Below are positions 18,823-27,972 of a DNA stretch of 64,000 nt, one piece after another. The stretch is from a virus. A program made the translations under genes and the position numbers. Position 1 is the first letter of the stretch. Each line of letters begins with the position of its first letter. The stretch lies in the IMG/VR virus record IMGVR_UViG_3300004806_000016; one strand, 5' to 3'. Below the pieces are notes generated by a model. The model saw nothing but the letters and a program-made list of their open reading frames with translations, was not told the DNA's origin and did not search any database.

Positions 18823-19572
18823 ATGAAGTATAAAAGCATATTCATTTCCGACGTTCATCTTGGAACAAGAGGAAGTAAGCCAGAATTATTACTATCATTC
18901 CTAAAAGATGCTGAATGTGACAATCTATTTCTTGTTGGTGACATATTTGATGGCTGGAGGCTGAAAAAAGGCTGGTACTGGCCAGAGCAGCACTCTACAG
19001 TGATACAAAAGATACTTCGTATGTCCCGCAAAGGAACGAAGATTATCTATATCCCAGGCAATCATGACGAGTTTATGCGTCAGTTCGTGGGCCATCAGTT
19101 TGGCGAGATAACACTTACTGATGAATATCTATATCATGCATTGAACGGTAAAGATTATATTATCGTTCATGGTGATAAATTTGATCTAGTAACAATGAAT
19201 ATGAAATGGCTTTCCCACGCTGGTGACTGGGCTTACACATTGCTCTTGAATATAAATACAGTTTTACATTGGGTCCGTTCTTATTTCAGATTACCCTATT
19301 GGTCATTGTCTAAGTGGGCAAAGAAACAAGTTAAAGAAGCAGTAAATTTTATAGGTAACTATGAATCCTCCCTTGCTCATTATGCTCGAATTAAAAACGT
19401 TGATGGTGTTATCTGCGGGCATATTCATTCGGCTGCTATGGATATTATAGAAGATGTTGAGTATATGAATTGTGGTGACTGGGTTGAATCCTGCACAGCA
19501 TTAGTTGAACATGTAAACGGAACATGGGAGATAATCTATGTGGGTATTGATAATTCTAGCAGTACACATTAA
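18823..19572 (+). CDS. Metallophosphoesterase, PlcP/LpxH-like phospholipase C
   Basis: SDVHLG, GDIFDGW, WYWP..H, PGNHD, HGD and CGHIH motifs. Confidence 0.85.
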   Translation: MKYKSIFISDVHLGTRGSKPELLLSFLKDAECDNLFLVGDIFDGWRLKKGWYWPEQHSTVIQKILRMSRKGTKIIYIPGNHDEFMRQFVGHQFGEITLTDEYLYHALNGKDYIIVHGDKFDLVTMNMKWLSHAGDWAYTLLLNINTVLHWVRSYFRLPYWSLSKWAKKQVKEAVNFIGNYESSLAHYARIKNVDGVICGHIHSAAMDIIEDVEYMNCGDWVESCTALVEHVNGTWEIIYVGIDNSSSTH

Positions 19573-19708
19573 CAATCCTGCAGATAATCCAGGACGTGTT
19601 ACAATAAAATTTGATACGGAGCAACAATGCCAAAAGGCGAAAGGCTCTATGGAATACTGGTTAAAATTTGATCAATTTAAAGTTATATCTGAATGCAAAA
19701 GATCCTAA
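19538..19708 (+). CDS. 56-aa exported/membrane peptide (not in ORF track)
   Basis: GGAG RBS; MWVLIILAV hydrophobic start; two Cys. Confidence 0.5.
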   Translation: MWVLIILAVHINNPADNPGRVTIKFDTEQQCQKAKGSMEYWLKFDQFKVISECKRS

Positions 19709-20772
19709 TAGTAACAGATTGTTATGAGCCATCTATCAATGGTGTAGTGACAACTCTCAAAAATATAAAGAAACAGGCTGAGTTGGACGGATACAAAGTA
19801 TTGATCGTCGAGCCATCATTGTTTCATAATTTCAGTTCTATGATCTATCCAGATATTCGTATATCTATTCCTTTCAGTTTTACTAAGATGGTTGATGAGT
19901 TTCAGCCAGATTTTATTCATATTGCCACAGAAGGTGTGCTTGGTGTAACAGCTCTAAACTATTGTGCGAAACGTAATTATAATTTTACGACTGCGTTTCA
20001 CACAAAATGGGGTGAGTTTTTAAATAGCATACTCCATATACCAGTAAGCTGGACTAATACATGGCTCCGCAGATTCCATAGAGATAAAATAGTATTCTGC
20101 ACCTCTAAATCTATGATTGAATACTTGACAAATAACAAGATTGGAGGTAAACTTATAAATTGGTCGAGGGGAGTAGATACAGACATATTTGGCCCACCAA
20201 GACTGATGAAAAACCAGACCAATACTTTTATAAAGCCAAGAAATCTGTTGACAGTGAATAGAATTAGCAAAGAAAAGAATCTGGATGCATTCTGTCAGCT
20301 ATCAACTTTCCTATATAACCTTACCGTCGTAGGCGATGGTCCTTATCTAAAAGAACTAAAGAAAAAATACCCAAAGGTAAAATTTACTGGAGCTCTGGTT
20401 GGTGAAGAGTTAGCTGCTGCCTATAGAGAAGCTGACTGTTTTGTGTTTCCTAGTAAGAATGATACGTTTGGTGTTGTGATTATTGAGGCGCAGATGTTGG
20501 GAACGCCAGTCGCTGCTTATCCCGTGACTGGGCCAATTGATATTATTAAAGATGGAATAAATGGAATTACACACAAAAGTTTAGAATTTGCTGTGAGAAA
20601 AGCATTAACGCTTGACAGGAAGACTGTTTACGAGTATACTTATGAAAATTACTCTTGGAAGAGCGTCTGGAATACATTTAAAGAAAATATGGTAGGAGTA
20701 GAAAAAAATGATAACAAGCCCAATCCTAGTGACGAAACGAGATGGAACGAAAGAACCGATAGATCTCAATAA
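19693..20772 (+). CDS. GT4 glycosyltransferase (Agt-like glycolipid synthase)
   Basis: VTD...INGVVTTL, IHIATEG.LG, RGVD, RISKEKN and FPS..DTFG.V..EA...GTPVAAYP motifs. Confidence 0.85.
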   Translation: MQKILIVTDCYEPSINGVVTTLKNIKKQAELDGYKVLIVEPSLFHNFSSMIYPDIRISIPFSFTKMVDEFQPDFIHIATEGVLGVTALNYCAKRNYNFTTAFHTKWGEFLNSILHIPVSWTNTWLRRFHRDKIVFCTSKSMIEYLTNNKIGGKLINWSRGVDTDIFGPPRLMKNQTNTFIKPRNLLTVNRISKEKNLDAFCQLSTFLYNLTVVGDGPYLKELKKKYPKVKFTGALVGEELAAAYREADCFVFPSKNDTFGVVIIEAQMLGTPVAAYPVTGPIDIIKDGINGITHKSLEFAVRKALTLDRKTVYEYTYENYSWKSVWNTFKENMVGVEKNDNKPNPSDETRWNERTDRSQ

Positions 20773-22996
20773 ATTCCATAAAGTTGTTGCTTGGGCTTGT
20801 GAAGGATTAACTGGTGTATCAGAATCTGTAATTGAGATAAAGTCTCATATTCAGTTTTATAATGGCATCAAATCTACTGATATTCAAGAAACATTAATCA
20901 AAGCAGCCTCTGAATTGATCAGCGAGGAAACTCCTAACTATCAGTATGTTGCTGGCAATCTGATCAATTACAATTTGAGAAAAGAGGTATACGGTGGGTA
21001 TGATCCTTGTAGTCTGCATGAGCATATTGCTAATGTTACCAGTGCTGGATATTATGACTCTTCCATTCTGGAATGGTACTCTGCTCAGGAACTTGACTTA
21101 CTTAATTCTTACATTGATCATCGCCGCGATTTTAATATTACATATGTTGGGATGGAACAGTTTCGCGGTAAGTATCTAGTCAAGAACAGAGTAACAGGAA
21201 AATATTTTGAGACGCCACAGATGGCGTTTATGCTTATTGGTATGGTGTTGTTCCGTAAATACAAAGAAGATAGATTAAAATGGGTTAAGGACTTTTATGA
21301 TGCAGTTTCTAATTTCGAAATTTCTCTCCCTACGCCAATCATGGCTGGACTACGTACGCCTCAAAAGCAATTCAGCTCTTGTGTTCTTGTTGAGACTGGA
21401 GACTCGCTTGACTCAATTAATGCAACAACATCTGCCATCGTTAAGTACGTCAGCCAAAAGGCTGGTATCGGGATTGGTGCTGGCTCCATTCGCGCTATCA
21501 ATTCTCCTATTCGTAACGGTGATGCAAGTCATACTGGCGTTATACCGTTCTATAAACTATTTTCTAGCGCAGTTAAGTCTTGCAGCCAAGGAGGTGTTCG
21601 CGGAGGCGCTGCTACTCTATACTATCCTATTTGGCACCTAGAAATTGAAGACCTATTAGTACTAAAGAACAACAAGGGAACGGAGGATAATCGTGTCAGA
21701 CATCTCGACTATGGAGTCCAATTCAATAAGATTATGTATGAGCGATTGCTTGCTGGCTCACACATTACCCTTTTCTCGCCGCAAGATGTTCCAGGCTTGT
21801 ACGATGCGTTTTTCGCAGATAGCGACAGGTTCAGAGAACTCTACGAAAAAGCTGAGCGTTCTACAAAAATCCGCAAGAAGCAAATCCCCGCGATTGACCT
21901 CTTCTCGGCTTTCATCCAAGAGCGTAAAGACACTGGCAGAATTTATCTTCAAAACGTAGACCATTCAAATGACCACGGCGCATTTCTTAAAGATATTGCA
22001 CCTATCCGCCAATCTAATCTGTGCTGTGAGATTAATCTACCAACCAAACCACTAAATGATTTTAATGATCCTGATGGAGAAATTTCATTATGCACACTAG
22101 CAGCTATTAACTGGGGGAAGATACGTGATCCAAATGACTTTGAAAAACCTTGCACTCTTGTTGTGCGTGCTCTGGATGAGCTTCTCGACTATCAGGACTA
22201 TCCAGTTTTGGCTGCAAGAAACTCAACGTATAATCGTCGTCCTCTTGGCATTGGTATCATCAATCTGGCTTATTGGCTTGCTCGTAATGATCTATCTTAT
22301 CAACATATAGATAGTGACGGACTAGTAAAACTACATGAGTATGCCGAGGCATGGTCGTACTACTTGATCAAAGCATCCGTTGATCTTGCTAAAGAAAAGG
22401 GTGCATGTCCTAAGACTAATGAGACAAAATACTCTGCAGGGTTAATGCCGATTGACACATATAAGAGGGATCTAGATGAAATCGTTGCACCTGAATACAA
22501 GAAAGACTGGGAAACACTTAGAGCGGAAGCAGCGAAGCATGGCATTCGCAATTCGACACTCATGGCTCTTATGCCAGCTGAAACGTCAGCTCAAATATCC
22601 AACTCGACCAATGGTATCGAGCCACCAAGGAGTCTGGTATCGGTTAAACAGAGCAAAGACGGTGTTCTCAAACAGGTCGTTCCCGAAGTTAGGAGGCTTA
22701 AGAACAAGTATGACCTACTTTGGGATCAAAAATCCCCACAAGGTTATCTCAAGATATGCGCAGTTTTACAAAAGTTTATCGATCAAGGAATCAGTGTCAA
22801 TACGTCTTACAATCCAAAATACTTTGAGGAAGAAAAGATTCCATTGAGTGTTATGTTACAGGACTTGTTGATGTTCTATAAGTATGGCGGTAAACAACTC
22901 TATTATTTCAACACCAACGATCAGGCTGGTGAGATTGATGTTCCATTAGCAGCAGGTGAAATTGATGACGAAGATTGTGAATCATGTAAAATCTAA
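20708..22996 (+). CDS. nrdA: Ribonucleotide reductase class Ia alpha subunit
   Basis: ATP-cone VTKRDG, FSSC, SNLCCEI, LYY and C-terminal CESCKI. Confidence 0.97.
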   Translation: MITSPILVTKRDGTKEPIDLNKFHKVVAWACEGLTGVSESVIEIKSHIQFYNGIKSTDIQETLIKAASELISEETPNYQYVAGNLINYNLRKEVYGGYDPCSLHEHIANVTSAGYYDSSILEWYSAQELDLLNSYIDHRRDFNITYVGMEQFRGKYLVKNRVTGKYFETPQMAFMLIGMVLFRKYKEDRLKWVKDFYDAVSNFEISLPTPIMAGLRTPQKQFSSCVLVETGDSLDSINATTSAIVKYVSQKAGIGIGAGSIRAINSPIRNGDASHTGVIPFYKLFSSAVKSCSQGGVRGGAATLYYPIWHLEIEDLLVLKNNKGTEDNRVRHLDYGVQFNKIMYERLLAGSHITLFSPQDVPGLYDAFFADSDRFRELYEKAERSTKIRKKQIPAIDLFSAFIQERKDTGRIYLQNVDHSNDHGAFLKDIAPIRQSNLCCEINLPTKPLNDFNDPDGEISLCTLAAINWGKIRDPNDFEKPCTLVVRALDELLDYQDYPVLAARNSTYNRRPLGIGIINLAYWLARNDLSYQHIDSDGLVKLHEYAEAWSYYLIKASVDLAKEKGACPKTNETKYSAGLMPIDTYKRDLDEIVAPEYKKDWETLRAEAAKHGIRNSTLMALMPAETSAQISNSTNGIEPPRSLVSVKQSKDGVLKQVVPEVRRLKNKYDLLWDQKSPQGYLKICAVLQKFIDQGISVNTSYNPKYFEEEKIPLSVMLQDLLMFYKYGGKQLYYFNTNDQAGEIDVPLAAGEIDDEDCESCKI

Positions 22997-23057
22997 AGAA
23001 AGTGAATGGGATGATTTTGTTTATGATTGCTTTTTAGAAGTATTTAAGGAGATTGAA

Positions 23058-23210
23058 ATGAATGAATTGATTGAGAAAGTTGCTATTGAAATGGCAATGG
23101 GTAATAATGGTGGTGACTGGGCTGGGCATTATAATGAAGATCAGAAGAATATTTGGCGTGAACGAGCTAAAAAAGTTATTGAGTTTGTGAAAGAGGGTCT
23201 TGTAAAATGA
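23058..23210 (+). CDS. Hypothetical protein
   Basis: AAGGAG RBS before ATG 23058. Confidence 0.55.
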   Translation: MNELIEKVAIEMAMGNNGGDWAGHYNEDQKNIWRERAKKVIEFVKEGLVK

Positions 23211-23482
23211 AAAAGATTGAGCGACCAATTGCCACTTCACTTGTCGATGAACCAATATTCCATTATTGTAGATCAGAAGATGAAGTAAAAAATGCTTTTG
23301 CTGGTGTAGACCCAAAAGACATATATGTCTACAAGCGTTGGGTTGATATGGAAACATTCCAACCTTTGTTATTGGTCCTTGTTAAGAATGGCAAGGAGAC
23401 TGTCAGCGAATGGTATAAATGGGTCGTTCCATTACAATATGTTGGAGACACACTAAAAGATGTTGATAAGGAATTATTATGA
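23207..23482 (+). CDS. Hypothetical protein
   Basis: ATGA overlaps on both sides. Confidence 0.55.
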   Translation: MKKIERPIATSLVDEPIFHYCRSEDEVKNAFAGVDPKDIYVYKRWVDMETFQPLLLVLVKNGKETVSEWYKWVVPLQYVGDTLKDVDKELL

Positions 23483-24585
23483 GTGTATTTGATTCGACTA
23501 ACCGTAAAGATTCGACAAAAGTGCGAGCATTTTTTGATGATGCACCAACAATCGCACGTTATGATAAGCAAAAGTATCCATTCCTTGAAAAGCTAACAGA
23601 GAAACAACTTGGGTTCTTCTGGCGCCCAGAGGAAATTGACATCTATCGTGATGCTAAAGACTTTAAAGGATTGACAGAGCATGAGCAGCACATCTTCACT
23701 TCTAACCTCAAACGTCAGATCCTACTCGACAGTGTTCAAGGCAGAGCTCCTACAGTCGCCTTCGGTCCAATTTGTAGTTTACCAGAACTTGAGAACTGGA
23801 TCCTTACATGGGCATTTTCAGAGTCAATTCACTCAAGAAGCTACACCCACATCATCAGAAATATCTACGCCAACCCATCAGAAGTTTTCGACGGAATCCT
23901 AGATATGCAGGAGATCGTGGACTGTGCTGGTGACATCAGCAAGTACTACGACAGCTTGATTGCTTATAATAACGACTTGGAACATGCAAAAAATTTAGGT
24001 CAAAAAATTCTTCATGAAAAGTATGAGCACAAGAAAGCTCTATGGCTCACGCTCATGTCGGTCAACATCCTTGAGGGTGTTCGCTTCTACGTCAGCTTCG
24101 CCTGCTCATGGGCGTTCGCCGAGCTGAAGAAGATGGAAGGCAACGCGAAGATCATTAAGTTGATTGCTCGCGATGAGAACTTGCATCTTGCTGGGACTCA
24201 GCAGTTGCTAAAGGTGTTACCAAATGATGATCCTGACTTTGCTAAGATCAAGGAAGAAACCAGAGATGAATGCATCAAAATGTTCCGTGATGCAGCTGAG
24301 CAGGAAAAGGCATGGGCGCACTATCTATTCAAAGATGGTTCGATGATTGGTCTTAATGAGTCTCTACTCAACGAATATGTCGAGTGGATTTGCAATAAAA
24401 GAATGACAGCAGTAGGTCTGCAGCCTATATATAAGAACGGATCAAATCCACTACCATGGACTCAAAAATGGATTAGTGGAGCTGAAGTCCAGGTCGCGCC
24501 GCAGGAAACTGAGATTACAAGCTATGTTAATGGTGGGGTGAAGAAAGATGTCAACAACGAAACATTCAAGGGTTTCTCATTATGA
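23479..24585 (+). CDS. nrdB: Ribonucleotide reductase class Ia beta subunit
   Basis: FFWRPEE, ESIHSRSY, RDENLH and QVAPQETE motifs. Confidence 0.97.
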   Translation: MSVFDSTNRKDSTKVRAFFDDAPTIARYDKQKYPFLEKLTEKQLGFFWRPEEIDIYRDAKDFKGLTEHEQHIFTSNLKRQILLDSVQGRAPTVAFGPICSLPELENWILTWAFSESIHSRSYTHIIRNIYANPSEVFDGILDMQEIVDCAGDISKYYDSLIAYNNDLEHAKNLGQKILHEKYEHKKALWLTLMSVNILEGVRFYVSFACSWAFAELKKMEGNAKIIKLIARDENLHLAGTQQLLKVLPNDDPDFAKIKEETRDECIKMFRDAAEQEKAWAHYLFKDGSMIGLNESLLNEYVEWICNKRMTAVGLQPIYKNGSNPLPWTQKWISGAEVQVAPQETEITSYVNGGVKKDVNNETFKGFSL

Positions 24586-24770
24586 GTGGAAGTTATTTGG
24601 GTGGCTCTACTGTTATAAAACCAAAATATAACAAAAAAAGAGCAAAACATTTAAGAGAGAGAATGAAAAAACACATAGAAGTGTTAAATAAAAAGAACAC
24701 TAGCGATAGAGAAATACTTGAAAATTTCGTTTCTGAAAGTTTTTTAATAAAAAAGGAAGATAAATTATGA
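24582..24770 (+). CDS. Hypothetical basic protein
   Basis: Coupled ORF; SYLGGSTV motif; very A-rich. Confidence 0.45.
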   Translation: MSGSYLGGSTVIKPKYNKKRAKHLRERMKKHIEVLNKKNTSDREILENFVSESFLIKKEDKL

Positions 24771-25573
24771 GATTACTATTTAATTTTCTAATTCTAGTAT
24801 TAGCAACTGTTGGTTTTGCTCGTGCTGCGGATCAATTACCACCGAAGCCAGTCGCTTCTTGTTCGGTACAGGTGCCATATGGAACACCATCTACAGTCGC
24901 TAATCACCCTGTCATTTGTAGGACTGCTTATTTGCTCGAGCATGATCCTGTTGCCAAAATCCCAAACTGGGTCGCTTGGACTCTTACCCCAGATCATGCT
25001 ATCGGGTGCGTGGCTCGCACTAATGCTTTTGCTGCCGACCAGTCTCTACCAGCTGGTGCTAGATCTGCCCCATCTGATTATGCTGGTTCTGGATATGATC
25101 AGGGGCATCTAGCCAACGATGCTGATATGTCTTGGGACAATCAAGTCGAGCATGAATCATTCTATATGTCTAACATGAGCCCACAACTTCCATCCGTTAA
25201 TCGCGGTACTTGGAAAAATCTAGAGTCGGCAGCTCGTGCTTGGGTCTATCAGACTAAACATCCACATACGATCTATGCGGGTAACATTTACTCATCCGGA
25301 TCAAAAACTATTGGTGCTGATAAGGTTGTCGTTCCTGACACTCTATTTAAAATTGTTATTGATGATGTTACTAAAAAGTCATATGCTTTCATGTTCCCTC
25401 ACAAGGACGGTTTATCATCTGACTTTACACAATATCAGGTAACGGTTGCTGAAGTCGAAGTTGCTTCTAAGATTACATTCCCTGTTCCTGATTCAAAAAC
25501 AGTAAAGAATCCTCCTCTTGTTGCTGATCTAAAGACTATCGCAGCCGACAAGAAGAAGCAATGTAAGGAGTAA
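24767..25573 (+). CDS. Secreted DNA/RNA non-specific (beta-beta-alpha-Me) endonuclease
   Basis: Sec signal peptide; YDQGHL, SNMSPQ...NRG.W..LE motifs. Confidence 0.9.
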   Translation: MRLLFNFLILVLATVGFARAADQLPPKPVASCSVQVPYGTPSTVANHPVICRTAYLLEHDPVAKIPNWVAWTLTPDHAIGCVARTNAFAADQSLPAGARSAPSDYAGSGYDQGHLANDADMSWDNQVEHESFYMSNMSPQLPSVNRGTWKNLESAARAWVYQTKHPHTIYAGNIYSSGSKTIGADKVVVPDTLFKIVIDDVTKKSYAFMFPHKDGLSSDFTQYQVTVAEVEVASKITFPVPDSKTVKNPPLVADLKTIAADKKKQCKE

Positions 25574-25576
25574 TAA

Positions 25577-25753
25577 ATGTCTGAAACAGTTTTCCCATTT
25601 ACATGTCAGGGTTGTGATGCTGAATTTGATGTTCAATCTGATTTGTCTGAAGTGGTTGAATATTGCCCATATTGTGGTGAAATGATTTATGAGGACGAAC
25701 CAGATGATTATTATGACGATGAAGAAGAAGATGAGTTAGAAGAAGAAGAATGA
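25577..25753 (+). CDS. Small zinc-ribbon protein with acidic tail (not in ORF track)
   Basis: CQGC...CPYCG followed by a poly-D/E tail; AAGGAG RBS. Confidence 0.7.
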   Translation: MSETVFPFTCQGCDAEFDVQSDLSEVVEYCPYCGEMIYEDEPDDYYDDEEEDELEEEE

Positions 25754-26160
25754 GCTATGACAATCCGTGGTTTTATAACGGAGTTGTAGTTGATTCGGAA
25801 ATACTTGAAGAATACTTAGGATTCGTATATAAGATAACCAATCTGGCCAGCCAGAAGAAGTATATTGGTAAAAAGTTACTCAAGAGAACCAAGACCAGAC
25901 AGGTCAAGGGTAAAAAGAAACGCACTCTCGTTGAGTCGGATTGGAAAGACTATTACGGTTCTAATAAAGAATTACAGGAAGATGTGATAAATCTCGGCGC
26001 ACACAATTTTAAGAGAGAGATCATAAGGTTTTGTAAGACTAAAGGCGAGTGTAATTATTTTGAAGCGAAACAGCAATTTTTGCTTGACGTTTTAGAAAAT
26101 ACGGAGTATTATAATTCCTGGATAAGTGTTAAAGTACACAGAAAACATTTGCCCACGTGA
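25750..26160 (+). CDS. denA: GIY-YIG endonuclease II-like
   Basis: GFVYKITN...KKYIGKK, YYGS and YYN motifs. Confidence 0.75.
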   Translation: MSYDNPWFYNGVVVDSEILEEYLGFVYKITNLASQKKYIGKKLLKRTKTRQVKGKKKRTLVESDWKDYYGSNKELQEDVINLGAHNFKREIIRFCKTKGECNYFEAKQQFLLDVLENTEYYNSWISVKVHRKHLPT

Positions 26161-26227
26161 CGTAATAGGTAACCGTATCGGACTTAAAATCCGAGTTCTG
26201 GGAGTTCGAGTCTCCCCGTGGGCACCA
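26151..26227 (+). tRNA. tRNA-Leu (anticodon TAA), short variable loop
   Basis: Acceptor stem GCCCACG/CGTGGGC; anticodon arm TCGGA-CTTAAAA-TCCGA; T arm GGGAG-TTCGAGT-CTCCC; encoded CCA. Confidence 0.9.
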
Positions 26228-26242
26228 AAATACAGGTGAGTT

Positions 26243-26722
26243 ATGAGACCTAAATTTGATCTAGAAGAAATTCGCGAATTTATTCGTAACACTTCAGAAA
26301 CTACATCAATCTATATTGGTGCTGATTCTGAACGCTATCGTAAGAAGAAATCACAACTCTGGATGGCCGATTACACATTGGCTGTTGTCGTCCATCACGA
26401 CAGTTGCAGAGGCTGTAAGGTATTCGGCGAAGTTGTTACTGAGCGCGATTATGATCAAAAGATGGATAAGCCAGCAATGCGTCTAATGAATGAAGTTATG
26501 AAGGCAGCGCAGCTTTATCTTGATCTGGCTGAAGCTATCGGGGATCGTCACTTTGAGGTCCATCTAGATATCAATCCAGATATTAGACATGGCTCATCAT
26601 GCGTGGCACAACAGGCAGTTGGCTATATCCGTGGTATGTGTAATGTTATACCAATGATTAAACCAGATGCTTTTGCTGCCTCATATGCGGCTGATAGATT
26701 AAAAGATATTCTTGCAGCATAA
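26243..26722 (+). CDS. RNase H-like YkuK family protein
   Basis: IYIGADS, RLMNEV, EVHLDIN and ASYAAD motifs. Confidence 0.8.
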   Translation: MRPKFDLEEIREFIRNTSETTSIYIGADSERYRKKKSQLWMADYTLAVVVHHDSCRGCKVFGEVVTERDYDQKMDKPAMRLMNEVMKAAQLYLDLAEAIGDRHFEVHLDINPDIRHGSSCVAQQAVGYIRGMCNVIPMIKPDAFAASYAADRLKDILAA

Positions 26723-26729
26723 ATAGCAT

Positions 26730-27155
26730 ATGAAAAAGACAGCAAATCTGCTGTTCCTATTGGCACTGTTGTTTTCTTTTAGTGAAGCCCACGGAGCAGC
26801 TAAACAATACAAAGCATCAGCAACATGGTATGAATGTTGCGAAAAGACAGCTAACGGTGAGCGTTTCCATCCCTATGGGTTTACAGCCGCTCACCGCACA
26901 TTTCCTTTTGGGACTGTATTAAGATTGACTAATGAAAAGACTGGTAAATCTATCATAGTAAGAGTGAATGATAGAGGGCCATATATTCGTGGTAGAGATA
27001 TAGATGTGACGAAAGGCGGAGCAATTGCTCTTGGTTTCTTTCACAGTGGGACTGCTAAGTTGTTGATAGAAGTTTTGGAAAAAGGAAAAAAGAATGATAA
27101 ATCTATTCGAAAAGTACGTAGGTCAAACATTCGATACGGTGCACGATCAAATTAA
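26730..27155 (+). CDS. RlpA-like lytic transglycosylase (DPBB domain)
   Basis: Signal peptide; ATWY, TANGERF, TAAHRT.PFG and VNDRGP motifs. Confidence 0.9.
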   Translation: MKKTANLLFLLALLFSFSEAHGAAKQYKASATWYECCEKTANGERFHPYGFTAAHRTFPFGTVLRLTNEKTGKSIIVRVNDRGPYIRGRDIDVTKGGAIALGFFHSGTAKLLIEVLEKGKKNDKSIRKVRRSNIRYGARSN

Positions 27156-27291
27156 GCAAGAAGCTCGCGCGAATAATCTATCAATTAATGTCATTCCTGA
27201 TGGTGTAAATAACATTGATGTGGACGATAATAGACTTAATGTCTGGGTCGACCTCATCACAGACGAAATTAACAAATTTACCATAGGCTAA
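27094..27291 (+). CDS. Small protein, possibly peptidase-inhibitor I78-like
   Basis: YVGQ...D.D.NRLNV.VD....I..F.IG pattern. Confidence 0.5.
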   Translation: MINLFEKYVGQTFDTVHDQIKQEARANNLSINVIPDGVNNIDVDDNRLNVWVDLITDEINKFTIG

Positions 27292-27971
27292 TGAAAACAA
27301 TAATAAAACACATTTTTGGTAATATTGATGAATATGATTTACAGGTTTATAAATTATCATTAGATCTTGAGGGGGAACCAGAGTATAAAGCATTAGAACA
27401 GGGTTGGTCTGTTCAATATGGTAACTGGTATCCTTCTAGAATGGTAAGGCTAGATCTCTCGAGATATAATAAGACGCCAAAACAAATCAAGAACTATACG
27501 TTTACTCATCACGATAACCCAGAAGATTATTCTGAGTTTGAAAGGGTGTTTGAGGAATTCGTAGTAGCAAGAGACTTTACCCCACAATATAAGATAGCCA
27601 CTGATCTTGATAGGACTAGCTGGCTATCAGTGCATAAAGAAGATAGATTGGTAGCTTTCACTAAGTTTATCAATTATGACGGTGGATTAGAGAGTCAGTT
27701 TACTGCTTGGGATTACTCTGAGCCTAAATTGTCTATTGGCGTAAAGATAGTTGACTATGAAGTTGAGGTAGCAAGATCTAAAGGATTGGACTATCTTTAC
27801 ATCGGTCCTGGGTATGGTAAATCCTGTTTCTATAAGTCTAAATTTCAGGGTTTCGAGTGGTGGACTGGTACTGAATGGTGCGGCGACATACAGGCATATC
27901 AAGAAATATGTATGCGCGATTCAACTATAAATACATTTGATGATTTATCCAAACTGATATGGGACCACTGA
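27291..27971 (+). CDS. Aminoacyl-tRNA--protein transferase-like (ATE1/Bpt GNAT fold)
   Basis: ALEQGW, R.VRLDL, WDY..PKLSIG, A...GL.YLYIG and YK..F..FE motifs. Confidence 0.65.
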   Translation: MKTIIKHIFGNIDEYDLQVYKLSLDLEGEPEYKALEQGWSVQYGNWYPSRMVRLDLSRYNKTPKQIKNYTFTHHDNPEDYSEFERVFEEFVVARDFTPQYKIATDLDRTSWLSVHKEDRLVAFTKFINYDGGLESQFTAWDYSEPKLSIGVKIVDYEVEVARSKGLDYLYIGPGYGKSCFYKSKFQGFEWWTGTEWCGDIQAYQEICMRDSTINTFDDLSKLIWDH

Positions 27972-27972
27972 T

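Noticed and set aside
18823-19572. Lipid A enzyme LpxH
   Set aside because: Same superfamily, but the GNHD motif and the adjacent GT4 fit PlcP better. Not excluded without a phylogeny.
20708-24585. Introns or inteins in nrdA/nrdB (and thyX)
   Set aside because: The ORFs are continuous and of normal length, with no splicing motifs.
25577-25753. LysW-like carrier protein
   Set aside because: It has a zinc ribbon and acidic tail but no C-terminal EDWGE motif and no lysine/arginine pathway genes nearby.
26092-26292. Minus-strand ORFs over tRNA genes (also 56490-56801)
   Set aside because: These are antisense shadows of tRNAs and real genes.
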